From: an uncultured Planctomycetia bacterium
Lineage (GTDB): Bacteria > Planctomycetota > Planctomycetia > Pirellulales > Thermoguttaceae
Length of the DNA stretch: 64,000 bases
Assembly: GCA_963719005.1 (NCBI GenBank)
Contig: CAVRAR010000014.1
Location: forward strand, 1,392,901-1,456,900
Reading direction: 5' to 3'
This document shows, one piece after another, positions 29,598-39,623 of the stretch; the first letter of the stretch is position 1, and the number at the start of each line of letters is the position of its first letter. Under the pieces are notes generated by a model. The model searched no databases. It was not told the DNA's origin and saw only the letters and a program-made list of their open reading frames with translations. Made by a program: the position numbers and the translations under genes.

Positions 29598-31024
29598 TTG
29601 GCAAGCTCCGGGTATCGTTGTCGTAATGCTTCGGTCAGGGCGGTCAGATTCTTTGCCCGCGCGACGGCCGCCAGTTTAGGCAGATGGTCGTCCATCGACG
29701 TGTCGGCCAGTTCGCCGGAGCGATGCACCTGCAACGCCTGGAGCATGGCCTCGGCGCCGAGCTTCGGATCGGGGCGGCCCTGCGCGTTCTTGATCGAGTT
29801 GATCGCGGAGCCGGCGAGGAAGAGGACGTTGGCGGCAATGCCGCGGCGCTCGGCGTCGGCCAGATTGAGAATGATGTTGCCCTGATCCAACCCGCCGGCC
29901 CGCGCGATCATCGTCGGGCGAATACCCGGCAGATCGCGGGACAAAATCTCCTCCGATGCGATCCATTCGTCGCCGTAAGGGCGAATGAACGGCGGGCCGG
30001 GGCGAACGGGGGCGGTCTGGCGAATATCGATGCCGTCGAGCCGAGCCAACAGGTCGATCACTTCGCGGAAGATGCCGCCGCGGGTCTTCACGCCGATGCC
30101 GGCGTTGTGGCCGTAAATCGCCGGCGGACTGGGCAGGTGCTTCGTGGCCTCGCGAACCATGCGGACCGTGCCGCCGGCGAAGGTCTCGCTGAACATCACT
30201 CCGGTCGCTCCGGCCTCGACGACGGCCTGGAGCGTCTCCTGCATTTCGTGCGGGGCGCCCGTGATGTGCGGCGCGAAGATCAGTCCCTTGCCGCCGCGCC
30301 GCTGTTTCGCCCGCTCGATCGCCCCCACCGCGCCGCGCACGCGATCGCGGATGGGCGAATAGTCCAAGTTGGGGTAAAGGTCTTCGTCCTCCTTGACGAA
30401 CAGCAGCAGCGGGCACTCGGCGGCCTCGGCGACCAACGCGGCGACTTCGTCGGCGGTGATGCCGGCGGTCGGCTTCAAAATGGTGCCGAACGCCGGTTCG
30501 TCGGGTGTGAAGTTGGCGCGCTCGCGCAAGCCGAAGGGACCGTAGGCGGGGCCGGGAAACGTCCGCAGCACGTGCTCGGGGATTTGCAGCGCCACCAACC
30601 GGGCGTCCTGGTTCTCGTACACGTCGAAGATGATCGCACCCGCCACGGTGTGCAGAATGTCGCAACTGGTGAGATGGCCGTCCGGTTGCAGGAGCATCTT
30701 CAACGGAAACGCCATGTGCAGCAGGCCAATCCGCCCCGTAGCGTCCCAGACGTCGACGCCGGCTGCGTGGGCGGTACATTGGGCCAGCAGCGAGCCGGGC
30801 GGCGGATTCTTGATTCCGCTGGTGGCGTGGTAGGCGATCTCCTTGGCGATCCGGGAAAGCTGCTCCGTGCGCAAGGCCAGGAAGTACGTGGCGACGATAT
30901 GATCGTCGATCGCCGGCGGCGGGTTTTCGGCCATCCGCCCCGCAACCAGTTGCCGCAACCGCGTATCCCGCGCGTCGGCATCAAACCAGAGAAGATCCAA
31001 GGTGGAATTGTCGACGGGTTTCAT
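29594..31024 (-). CDS. RuBisCO large-subunit-like protein (form IV RLP)
   Basis: ..ILKPTAGITADEVAALVAEAAECPLLLFVKEDEDLYPN.. aligns with the RuBisCO IKPKLGL..GGLDFTKDDENVNSQ block, with substitutions typical of RLPs. Start taken at MKPVDNSTL. An alternative start MDKTRSS is at 31087. Confidence 0.65.
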   Translation of the reverse strand: MKPVDNSTLDLLWFDADARDTRLRQLVAGRMAENPPPAIDDHIVATYFLALRTEQLSRIAKEIAYHATSGIKNPPPGSLLAQCTAHAAGVDVWDATGRIGLLHMAFPLKMLLQPDGHLTSCDILHTVAGAIIFDVYENQDARLVALQIPEHVLRTFPGPAYGPFGLRERANFTPDEPAFGTILKPTAGITADEVAALVAEAAECPLLLFVKEDEDLYPNLDYSPIRDRVRGAVGAIERAKQRRGGKGLIFAPHITGAPHEMQETLQAVVEAGATGVMFSETFAGGTVRMVREATKHLPSPPAIYGHNAGIGVKTRGGIFREVIDLLARLDGIDIRQTAPVRPGPPFIRPYGDEWIASEEILSRDLPGIRPTMIARAGGLDQGNIILNLADAERRGIAANVLFLAGSAINSIKNAQGRPDPKLGAEAMLQALQVHRSGELADTSMDDHLPKLAAVARAKNLTALTEALRQRYPELAK

Positions 31025-31175
31025 GGGCGGGTGCTTTTCCTCGTGCGAGGCCGCCCATTCTAATCGCGAAGATCGTGTCTTGTCCATGACTCTCCGCGCA
31101 TGCGAGTTGTGAATTCGCGCAGAGCGGGGTGGGAAGGCACGATCGCTTCCCTTCGGGACGCGGCTAAACGGCGGG

Positions 31176-32825
31176 CTAAACAGCCTTCTGCGGGTCGAGG
31201 TGACCATCGACCGGCGGCTTCGCCTCCGGTCGCTTGGAATCGGCGCCGTCGAGGTTGACGAATCGCTCGGGGAACTCGACGCCTCCGATGTCGCGCATCA
31301 CCTGCATCATTGGCGGCAGGGTGCGGGCCATGTTGTGCAGCCAGCTCGCCGTGGCGCTCTTGCCGTCTTGACTGTTCCCCTCCCAGACCACGACCTTGTC
31401 GAATTTGATGTTCGAGATCGCCTTGGCGGAAGCATCGACGAGGTTGTCGAAGTGCTCGAGCATGAGCATTTTGAAGGCCTGCTCCGAGCCGCCGCAGGCG
31501 TCGATGATTCGCTGCAAGCCTTCGCCCTTCTTGGCGAGGATTTCGTACTGGCCGCGGGCCTCGGCCTCGAGCTTGACGAAGATGGCGGCGGCCTCGCCCT
31601 CGGCCTCGATGCGGCGTTTGGCGGCCTCGGCGGCGGCGTCGACTTCGACGCGGGCCCGCTCGGCCTTGGCGGGGGCTTCCAGCTCGGCGCGACGCTCGGC
31701 CTCGATCCGCTGGGCCTCGGCCAACGCGGCCTTCGCCCGGGCGAGGTGCTCGGCTTCCAACACGGCGGCCTCGGCGCGAACCTTGCGGGTTTCGCCCAGT
31801 TCGTAGGCTTCGGCCTTCTTCACCTGCAAGCCGGCCTGCGAGGCGGCGATGTCGGCCTTCGAGAGGTTTTCGCCCTCGACGGCCTGGGCGTCGGCCTGGG
31901 CCAGCTTGATGCGCATGTCGCGCTCGGCGGCCTTCACTTCGGCGTCGCGCTGGAAGCCGGCCGTCTGCTCGCCGATCTTCTGCTCCTTCTCCAATTCGGC
32001 CACGCGAACCGCCTGCTCGCGCATCGCCTCGCGCGTGCCGATCTCGCGGAGCTTGTGGGCGTTTGCCACTTGGACGGTCCTTTCGCGTTCGGCGTCGGCA
32101 ACGCGGATTTCGCCCATCTTCTCGTTGTCGGCCACGTCGCCGCGGGCCTTCTGGATCGCCTGCGACGCCGCCTTCTTGCCGATCGCCTCGATGTAGCCCG
32201 ACTCGTCGGTGATGTCGGTGATGTTGACGTTGATCAGCACCAGGCCGATCTTGCACAACTCCGGTTCGAGCGACTTCTGCACGGCTTCGAGGAACTTATC
32301 GCGGTCGCGGTTGATGTCCTCGATCAGCATCGAGGCGATCACCTGGCGAAGCTGGCCGAAAATCATGTCTTCCGCCTGCTTCTGAATGTCCTTGTTGCTC
32401 AGACCGAGCAGGCGGATGGCGGCGTTTTGCATCAGTTCGGGCGTGGTGCCGACGGCGACGGTGAACACGCTGGGTACGTTGACGCGAATGTTCTCGACGC
32501 TCAGCGCGCCACGAAGCGGAATCTCGATCTGCATCGGTTCGAGACTCAGCCAGGCGTAATCCTGAATGAGCGGCAAGACCAGTTTTGCGCCGCCGTGGAT
32601 GCAAAGTGCCGCGTCGTGCCCGCGGCCCGCCTTGCCATAGATCACCAGGATGCGGTTGCTGGGGCAGCGTTTGTAGAACCTCGCCGCCACCCCGAAGACA
32701 ATCAACAATATGATGGCCGTGACAAAGCAGAGGAGTATCACTCCGACCCAGAAGGAGCCCACAGGCGGATCGGCGGCGAAGAGGGCCAACGAGGAAGACG
32801 TTGAATGGAAGAGCGAAGCGATCAT
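31176..32825 (-). CDS. flotillin (SPFH/band-7 domain, FloT/YuaG-like)
   Basis: N-terminal TM segment, SPFH domain, long Ala/Glu-rich coiled coil (..AEAYELGETRKVRAEAAVLEAEHLARAKA..). Confidence 0.85.
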   Translation of the reverse strand: MIASLFHSTSSSLALFAADPPVGSFWVGVILLCFVTAIILLIVFGVAARFYKRCPSNRILVIYGKAGRGHDAALCIHGGAKLVLPLIQDYAWLSLEPMQIEIPLRGALSVENIRVNVPSVFTVAVGTTPELMQNAAIRLLGLSNKDIQKQAEDMIFGQLRQVIASMLIEDINRDRDKFLEAVQKSLEPELCKIGLVLINVNITDITDESGYIEAIGKKAASQAIQKARGDVADNEKMGEIRVADAERERTVQVANAHKLREIGTREAMREQAVRVAELEKEQKIGEQTAGFQRDAEVKAAERDMRIKLAQADAQAVEGENLSKADIAASQAGLQVKKAEAYELGETRKVRAEAAVLEAEHLARAKAALAEAQRIEAERRAELEAPAKAERARVEVDAAAEAAKRRIEAEGEAAAIFVKLEAEARGQYEILAKKGEGLQRIIDACGGSEQAFKMLMLEHFDNLVDASAKAISNIKFDKVVVWEGNSQDGKSATASWLHNMARTLPPMMQVMRDIGGVEFPERFVNLDGADSKRPEAKPPVDGHLDPQKAV

Positions 32826-32886
32826 GGCGGTTTCCCCTAGAGTCGGAAGGTAGCGCGGTGTTGGTTGTTGTTTGGCTGCGGCGTGC

Positions 32887-33540
32887 TCAGTCGGCCTGAA
32901 CTTCGAGCGTCGTCGGATTGACGATGCCCACTATGACTACTTTAGCACCGGTGGGGAGTTCGGGGCCATCCGTGACTGCCAAGTACTCCATGATCCGGTT
33001 TTGCAGATTAAACTGGATTTTCCCGCTGCCAGATCGGTTGGCGGGAATGCGGAGATAGACGTTGCCGTGTTGCCCGACGGACCGCTGGATTCGCACGTTG
33101 CCGTCGGCCTGCAACCGGTATAGGCACTGCATCAGCCAATAGACCGCGTACATAGCGGCCACGCCCGCCGCCACCGCCACGAGAAGTGCGGTTGGCGGCG
33201 ACATTTCAGCCGATTGCGCCGTCCAGCCGGCCAGCCCGAAGAAGGTCAGCGCCGCGGTGATCGTGCGAAACGAGAGGACGTTGAAGAGCCAGGTGGAACC
33301 GTGTTGGATGCCCTGCTCGCTATCCGCCGAATCGCCGCCGGCGTGATCGGTGTGGAGGCCGGCGTCGCCGTGCAAACCGTCGCCGCCGGCGTGGAAGTCT
33401 CCGCCGAAGCCGTGGCCGACGTCGGCGGGCATGTCTGCGTCCATGAAGGCATGGCCGCCGAGCCCAATCAACATCATCACGAGCTGACAGACCAGAATGG
33501 TGCCGCCGATGGCGGCGCAGACGATGAATACAGAAGTCAT
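32887..33540 (-). CDS. NfeD/YuaF-like membrane protein, flotillin partner
   Basis: TM N-terminus, Gly/His/Asp-rich linker, C-terminal OB-fold-like ..GKIQFNLQNRIMEYLAVTDGPELPTGAKVVIVGI... Immediately downstream of the flotillin gene on the same strand. Confidence 0.65.
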   Translation of the reverse strand: MTSVFIVCAAIGGTILVCQLVMMLIGLGGHAFMDADMPADVGHGFGGDFHAGGDGLHGDAGLHTDHAGGDSADSEQGIQHGSTWLFNVLSFRTITAALTFFGLAGWTAQSAEMSPPTALLVAVAAGVAAMYAVYWLMQCLYRLQADGNVRIQRSVGQHGNVYLRIPANRSGSGKIQFNLQNRIMEYLAVTDGPELPTGAKVVIVGIVNPTTLEVQAD

Positions 33541-33825
33541 GCCCAGTCCCCCTTTTTCAATTCCCGGCGAAATGAGGAACGAACAAGTCTACTCATCATG
33601 GGAAATCCGTCGCCGGTTGTCAATCGACCCCCCCCCATTCGGCCGTTGCTCTCATGCTTCGGCGAAGCCAGTTCCGTTCAACTGTAGTTCGCCGGCGGTG
33701 CAGGAATCTTGGGTGGCCCCTCCGTTTGCAACTCCGGCTTCGGCCGGATTCCGCGAGGGAGTTCTGCCTGAAGGCGGGGCTACGAACGGCGAGTAGCGGG
33801 AGGTACACTAGAAGAGGGTTTTTGC

Positions 33826-34107
33826 TTGGGAGGCCGTATGGCGGAAAGCACGACGTCGTCTCCATGGGATCTGTCGCCGTCGGTCCCAAAGTCGGCCACC
33901 CCCCAGCAATGCATCGCCGCATGGGTTGACTTGATGGACGCTTGCGAGCAGTTCTTGCTGGCCGGGCTGCGGCGCGAGATCGGACCGGACGGAGACCTGA
34001 AGGCCGCCTATCGCAAGTGGTACGCGGAGCAGACGCAAGAACACGACCGCACGGTCCTGCACATGATGCGGGAGTTCGAGCGGCGAGGAGGCGGCCATGT
34101 CCGGTGA
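33826..34107 (+). CDS. small protein, putative antitoxin-like partner of the nucleotidyltransferase
   Basis: 93 aa. 3' end overlaps the downstream gene start. Resembles the small protein at 50523-50741 (..eeRl.aL..mR..). Confidence 0.35.
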   Translation: MGGRMAESTTSSPWDLSPSVPKSATPQQCIAAWVDLMDACEQFLLAGLRREIGPDGDLKAAYRKWYAEQTQEHDRTVLHMMREFERRGGGHVR

Positions 34108-34675
34108 ACTTGTGCTTCAGACGTTGCAGCACGTTTGGCGAACGCTGAAGCCGCTCGGCATTCCGATGGCGGTCGTCGGCGGATTGGCTTTGGCGGCCCG
34201 GAAGCACGTCCGCGCCACGAAGGACATCGACCTGTTGCTCGGCATCGGCCGCGAGAATCTCGATTCGCTGTTGCAGCGATTACGTAGGGCGGGGATACGC
34301 ACCAAACACAGCCCGCCGGTCGTCGATCTGGACCAATGGGAACTCGTCCAACTCGTCTACGAGCCTCCCGAATCCATGATGGAACTTCAGATTAATCTTC
34401 TCTTGGGAAGGTCGGAGTATCATCGGCAAGCACTTTCCAGACGTATTGCCACCGCACTGCCCGGCATCGACGATGAGATTGCGGTCCTCGCCTGTGAAGA
34501 CCTGATTCTGCACAAACTGCTGGCGGGACGGGTGATCGACCGCGCTGACGCCGTGGCCCTGTTGCAGATGAATCGAGACGTGCTCGACGTCGATTACTTG
34601 GATCATTGGGCCGACAGCCTTGGGGTTCGCTCGGAGCTTGACGAGGCTAGGCTGCAAACGTCCTCAGGACACTAA
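34097..34675 (+). CDS. minimal nucleotidyltransferase-fold protein (MNT/DUF6036-like), putative toxin
   Basis: ..MAVVGGLALAARKHVRATKDIDLLL.. carries the GG..(n)..DxD Pol-beta-type NTase motif. Confidence 0.45.
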   Translation: MSGELVLQTLQHVWRTLKPLGIPMAVVGGLALAARKHVRATKDIDLLLGIGRENLDSLLQRLRRAGIRTKHSPPVVDLDQWELVQLVYEPPESMMELQINLLLGRSEYHRQALSRRIATALPGIDDEIAVLACEDLILHKLLAGRVIDRADAVALLQMNRDVLDVDYLDHWADSLGVRSELDEARLQTSSGH

Positions 34676-34696
34676 TCAGCACCGTGCATCAGCGGG

Positions 34697-36131
34697 CTAC
34701 ATCAGCGGGCTGAAGAGCTTGGCCAGATTCATCTTCAAGCGGCTGCTGCGCGTCTGCGAGGGCCATTGGCCGGGCACGGCTTGCAGCGATTTGTCCAGAT
34801 AGCCTTCCTGCAAGGCGCGCATCTCCTCGACCGCCGAGCCCGCATGGACGAACAGATTCAACTCGAAGTTCAAGTTGAACGAACGGATGTCGTAATTCGC
34901 CGAGCCGAACATGCCCAACTCGTCGTCGATCGTGAGCGTCTTGGCGTGAAGCATGCCCTCTTGAAAGAGGAAGACGCGGACGCCGAATTTCATCAAATAG
35001 TCGCAATAGAAGGCGCCGGCGGCGTTGGTCACCCGATGGTCGCATCGTTTCGGGATGACGAGATCGACCTGCACGCCCCGCAACGCCGCCAGACGCAACG
35101 CCAGCAACATCGCTTCGTTCGGGATGAAATAAGGCGATGTGATGACGACGCGACGACGCGCCAGGAAGATCGACCTCACCACGAGATCCTGAAACAACTC
35201 GGTCGGCTGGTCGGGGCCGGTCGGAATCACCTGGATGGCGATCGAGCCGGCAGGATGGCCCGCCGGAAACAGGGCCGGATCTTCCAGCAACTCGCCCGAG
35301 GCGTAGAACCAGTCTTCCAGGAAAATGCCCTGAAGCTGCCGGACGACCGGGCCGGTGATGCGGGCCATGATGTCGAACCAGACGCCCGCCCGCTTGTGGC
35401 CGTAGCTGGCCTCGACGATGTTCTGCGAACCGGTGAACGCCACCGTGCCGTCGATCACCGCCAGCTTGCGGTGGTTGCGCAGATCGAGCCGCGAAAAAGG
35501 AATCCGCCACAGATTGGCGGGCAGAACCGGGAAAACTCGCACTCCTTGCTGCCGCATCGACGGCGCCAGGTGGCGGAAGAGCCGCCGCGAGCCCACGGCG
35601 TCGGCCAACACGCGGCACACGACGCCCCGCGCCGCCGCCCGGGCCAGCGCCGTGGCCACGCGATGCCCCACCGAATCGTCCTTGAAGATGTAGAACAACA
35701 GATGAACGTCGTGCCGGGCGGCGTCGATCTCGGCGATCAGCCGGTCGATCACCACGTCGGTATCGGACATCAGCGAGATGGCGTTGCCGCCCACGACCGG
35801 CAGGCCGCCGCCGTGCTCGGCCAGTTGCGACCAATACGTTATACTCGTCGCTGTCGTCGGGGACGATGCGGTTCGCTGCAACGCTCGGATGCTCGAAGAC
35901 GTCGAGCAGCGGGCGAAGCTGCTGCCGACGCGTCAATTGCCGCCGACCCAGCCGATTCTCGCCGATCAGCAGGTAGAGCCCCAAGCCGATCCAGGGCTCG
36001 AAAAAGACGATGGCCAGCCACGCCAGACACGTGGCCGGCTTTTCCTTGCGCAACACAATCACCGGCAGCATGGTCAGGCGGATCACCCATTCGCTTGCCG
36101 CCAGCACTTGGGTCCAATAGGCGACGTTCAT
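34697..36131 (-). CDS. cls: cardiolipin synthase, one frameshift
   Basis: N-terminal TM part (MNVAYWTQVLAASEWVIRLTMLPVIVL..) in one frame. Catalytic part in another frame with two HKD motifs (..HRKLAVIDG.. and ..LHAKTLTIDDELGMFGSANYD..). Shift near 35860. Confidence 0.85.
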
Positions 36132-36303
36132 ACGGCAAGTATACGATGCTCGGACAAGTGGGGCGGTGGAATCGCGGGTGTTGAGTGTCGGATATGTACG
36201 ATCGGAACGCCCCGCGACCGCGGTCGCGGGGGATGAGCAGCGACGCCGTTTCACCCCGCGACCGCAGTCGCGGGGCGTCTGCCGATGCGCCGTAACGAAC
36301 GCA

Positions 36304-36570
36304 CTACAGCCCCAAGTCGAGCAGCCCCCGCGACGATTTCTTCGCCCCCGTTTTCGGCATTTCCTTGATCGGCGGCGACGGCCCTTCGATTCCCTTCGGC
36401 GCCGGCGGCGGGTTCAGAACGATTTCCAGCGGCAGACCGAATGCATCGACTTTGCCGTGCGGCTCGACGCGCACGCTTTCATCCCCCAGCTTCGTCGTCG
36501 GCTCTTCCTGCGACAAGCAACCGCCCAGCAGCACCAACACAATCACCGCGAACAACCATCTGCTGTTCAT
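36304..36570 (-). CDS. small lipoprotein
   Basis: MNSRWLFAVIVLVLLGGC lipobox, then a Pro-rich tail. Confidence 0.4.
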   Translation of the reverse strand: MNSRWLFAVIVLVLLGGCLSQEEPTTKLGDESVRVEPHGKVDAFGLPLEIVLNPPPAPKGIEGPSPPIKEMPKTGAKKSSRGLLDLGL

Positions 36571-36714
36571 GTTCAGGATTATCGCCGATCGTGGGTGTGA
36601 TGGGAAGTACCCCCGGCGGGTGAGTGGTACGGCGGAATTCCGCCCACTTGATCCTCGCTTGCTGCCGCATATAGTTTCCATAGGAGAAGCGTTGGGGATA
36701 AAGGGTGAAGATGG

Positions 36715-36780
36715 CGGGGGCGGACATTCTTGTCTCCCGGAGAAAATGTGGCAGACATGGCAGACAAGGGTGTTTGCCAC
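36715..36780. repeat. palindromic element family D (GGCGGACATTCTTGTCT..CAGACA..), intergenic
   Basis: Related copies at 41452-41509 and 38926-38960. Confidence 0.7.
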
Positions 36781-36790
36781 ACACAAGGGG

Positions 36791-38026
36791 ATGACCTCCT
36801 ATATGCGATTCCAAATCAGCCTCTTATCGTTGATAATCATCCTTATTGCGGCCGGTTGCAGCGGCCCGATGGATGCCGCCGCCGCAACCAAGCCGGGGAC
36901 GAAGCCGAAGGAGAAAGCCCCAATGTCGTACGTGCGCGTTCGAGTCATCGGTGCCGATGGCAAGCTCACCGGCCCGGTGGAAGTTCCCAAAGTCGTCCTT
37001 TCCGACGCCGAGTGGCGGCTGCGCCTGACGCCGGAGCAATACCGCATCACCCGCGGCAAGAACACCGAAGCGGCTTTCTGCGGCGGGCTGCTGAATAACG
37101 ACAAGCCGGGCATGTACCTCTGCGTCTGCTGCAATCTCCCGTTGTTCGAGTCGAATGCGAAGTTCCACTCGGGCAGCGGTTGGCCCAGCTTCTTTCAGCC
37201 CGCGGCAAAGGAGAACATCCGCGAGAAGCGCGATACCAGCCATCACATGGTCCGCACCGAAATCCTCTGCCAGCGTTGCGGCGCGCATCTGGGGCACTTG
37301 TTCGACGACGGGCCCCCGCCGACCGGCATGAGGTACTGCTTGAACTCCGAGGCCCTGCGATTTGTCGCCACCGATCAATTGAAGACTATCGCCGAGCCCG
37401 ACGCGGCGCTGAAGGGGACAGTCCCATTTTCGCTGAGACGAAAATCGGGACAGTCCCCCGAGCGAGCCGAGGCGGTCTTCGCCGGCGGCTGTTTCTGGTG
37501 CGTCGAGGCGGTCTTTCGGCAGCTTAACGGCGTTCTAGACGTCACCAGCGGCTATGCCGGCGGAGACGCCAGCACCGCCAACTACGCGGCCGTTTCGACC
37601 GGCCTGACCGGCCACGCCGAATCGGTCCGCATCGTCTACGACCCGCGAAAAATCTCGTACGAAACGCTGCTGAAGGTCCATTTTGCCACGCACGATCCGA
37701 CCAGTTTGAACCGCCAGGGAGCCGACGTCGGCACGCAGTACCGCTCGGCCGTCTTCTACGCCAACGACGAGCAAAAGCAGATTGCCGAAGCGATGATCGC
37801 CGACCTGACCGACGCCAAAGTGTTCCACCACCCGATCGTGACGACGCTGGAGCCGCTGGTGGCGTTTTATCCCGCCGAGGCCCATCATCAGAACTACGTC
37901 GCCTGTCACGCCCATGAGCCCTACATCCGCTCCGTGGCGCTGCCGAAAGTGGCCAAGGTGCGGGCGAAATTCAAGGACTTGCTGAAGAAGCCGAAAGTGG
38001 CGGAGCCAAAGTCCATCGCACGCTAG
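36791..38026 (+). CDS. msrAB: bifunctional peptide-methionine sulfoxide reductase MsrB-MsrA (lipoprotein)
   Basis: Lipobox LIAAGC. MsrB/SelR motifs ..CGGLLNND..YLCVCCNLPLFESNAKFHSGSGWPSF..RCGAHLGHLFDDGP... MsrA ..FAGGCFWCVEAVF... A family-A palindrome lies in-frame in the inter-domain linker. Confidence 0.9.
   Translation: MTSYMRFQISLLSLIIILIAAGCSGPMDAAAATKPGTKPKEKAPMSYVRVRVIGADGKLTGPVEVPKVVLSDAEWRLRLTPEQYRITRGKNTEAAFCGGLLNNDKPGMYLCVCCNLPLFESNAKFHSGSGWPSFFQPAAKENIREKRDTSHHMVRTEILCQRCGAHLGHLFDDGPPPTGMRYCLNSEALRFVATDQLKTIAEPDAALKGTVPFSLRRKSGQSPERAEAVFAGGCFWCVEAVFRQLNGVLDVTSGYAGGDASTANYAAVSTGLTGHAESVRIVYDPRKISYETLLKVHFATHDPTSLNRQGADVGTQYRSAVFYANDEQKQIAEAMIADLTDAKVFHHPIVTTLEPLVAFYPAEAHHQNYVACHAHEPYIRSVALPKVAKVRAKFKDLLKKPKVAEPKSIAR
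37423..37460. repeat. palindromic element family A, in-frame in the msrB-msrA linker
   Basis: GGGGACAGTCCCATTTTCGCTGAGACGAAAATCGGGACAGTCCCCC, translated as ..KGTVPFSLRRKSGQSP... Confidence 0.85.
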
Positions 38027-38045
38027 TCAACTCTCGCAGGGCACG

Positions 38046-39623
38046 TCACGCCGCTCGGCCGAGAATCGATGCAGAAGCGGCAGTTCGTGCGTCCTTCGCT
38101 TTCGCGGCACGGACTGTTGCCCAATCCGTTCGGGCGATCAGCACCATTGCGGCCATCAGCCATGCCGTAGTGCCAAAACCGAGCAGGCCGACGCGGCCGC
38201 CGTAGGGGAGGAGAATGTAGTGCAGAATGGAGAGCACCGGCAGAATTGCGGCCATGACGATGCCCGCCCGCGGCCGGCCGTGACGATCGAGCCAGAGCGG
38301 TACGAGCAGGATGGCGGGGGCGAGAAGCAGGAAGTAATGGGCACGCGCCACCGGCGAGACCGCCAACATCGTGACGCACGACAACGCAAAGCCCGTGGCC
38401 ATGTTCAACTTGTTGCCGGGCTGCCGAGCAAGCTGAACGCCTAACGCCAGTAGGGTCAGGCCGAGCATCGCCCGCGACAAGAACAGAAATCGGTCGGAGG
38501 CCGGTGAATCCATCGCCATCTTCGGGGCGTCGAAGTTTTCGACCAGGCGATCATCGGGCCCGTCGGCGAAGACATGTGAGCCGAAGTTGCCCAATCGGTA
38601 GGCCGCGTTTTGCAGGCTCTGGTTGCGGGCGGAATGCGAATTGCCCGAGCGCGGGTCCATTCCGCCGTTGTCGGCCTTGGTGAGCATGAACCGCCCCCAC
38701 GTGTCCAAATGATGCAGGTTCGCGTTCCAACCGATCAGCATCGCCGGAACAATGAGGAAGAACAAAACCAGTCCGAGAGAAAAGCCGAAACTCGACGACA
38801 GGAAACGAAGCCCGCACAACGTGGCAAGCTCGCCCTTCTCGCTGCCGTGTGCCACTGCTTGCTCGCAAGCAGTGCGGGGCGGCGGGTTGCACTCGGCACT
38901 GCTTCTGCGAAGCAGTGGCACACCAGTGGAATCAGGGCAGACAGGAATGTCCGCCCTGCCGGCCGCCCGCCGTTTCGCATAGTTCCATGCCCATTCGGCC
39001 AGTTCCAGGAAGAGGAGAAACCCGACCGGCAGCGCCGGCACGATTTTCAATACGACGGGCAAGGCAAGCACGACGCCGCCGAGCAGCCAGGCGCGATAGG
39101 AGCGGCCGCTAAGAGTCACGCGGAGCCCCAGCAACAGCAGGTACATTTTGACGACGCCCACCTGCCCGCGTTGCAGACAGTTCAACGTCGGCAGCGCGGC
39201 GGCTGCCACCGCGGCAACGCCCAGCCAGGGAAGCCACCGCGTCCACGCGGCGCGCACCCGCGGATCTTCGTCGCAGACGATCGCCACGATTCGGCGGCAC
39301 TCGCGGTAGCAGCCCCAGCAGACCAACAGGTTCAAGAAGAACCAAACCGTCACCTGATCTTGCATCGGCAACGGATGCAGCGGGGCCAACAGCAGGGCGA
39401 ACAGCGGCGGATAGAGATAGGTCCAGCCGCGCGGATTGGCAACCTCGTAGGGCTCGCGGCCGTCGAAGAAGGCCGCGCCCGCCTCGGTGTACACCGTCAG
39501 ATCGGTCCTATGCTCTTCGGGGCAATCGGGATAGCAATATCCACGGCGGCGGACGTCGAGAAACCCCCAAACCGTCGCCGCCGCCAACAAGAGAATCAGC
39601 CATCGACCAGACCGACTACCCAT
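38046..39623 (-). CDS. GT87/DUF2029-family integral membrane glycosyltransferase (mannosyltransferase-like)
   Basis: Many TM helices. ..EPYEVANPRGWTYLYPPLFALLLAPL.. typical of DUF2029. Contains about 40 aa of in-frame palindrome insertion. Confidence 0.6.
   Translation of the reverse strand: MGSRSGRWLILLLAAATVWGFLDVRRRGYCYPDCPEEHRTDLTVYTEAGAAFFDGREPYEVANPRGWTYLYPPLFALLLAPLHPLPMQDQVTVWFFLNLLVCWGCYRECRRIVAIVCDEDPRVRAAWTRWLPWLGVAAVAAAALPTLNCLQRGQVGVVKMYLLLLGLRVTLSGRSYRAWLLGGVVLALPVVLKIVPALPVGFLLFLELAEWAWNYAKRRAAGRADIPVCPDSTGVPLLRRSSAECNPPPRTACEQAVAHGSEKGELATLCGLRFLSSSFGFSLGLVLFFLIVPAMLIGWNANLHHLDTWGRFMLTKADNGGMDPRSGNSHSARNQSLQNAAYRLGNFGSHVFADGPDDRLVENFDAPKMAMDSPASDRFLFLSRAMLGLTLLALGVQLARQPGNKLNMATGFALSCVTMLAVSPVARAHYFLLLAPAILLVPLWLDRHGRPRAGIVMAAILPVLSILHYILLPYGGRVGLLGFGTTAWLMAAMVLIARTDWATVRAAKAKDARTAASASILGRAA
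38847..38960. repeat. composite family-C (38847-38923) plus family-D (38926-38960) palindromic insertion inside the GT87 gene
   Basis: Same palindromes as 25446-25522 and 36715/41452. Translated in-frame as ..DIPVCPDSTGVPLLRRSSAECNPPPRTACEQAVAHGSEKGE... Confidence 0.8.
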
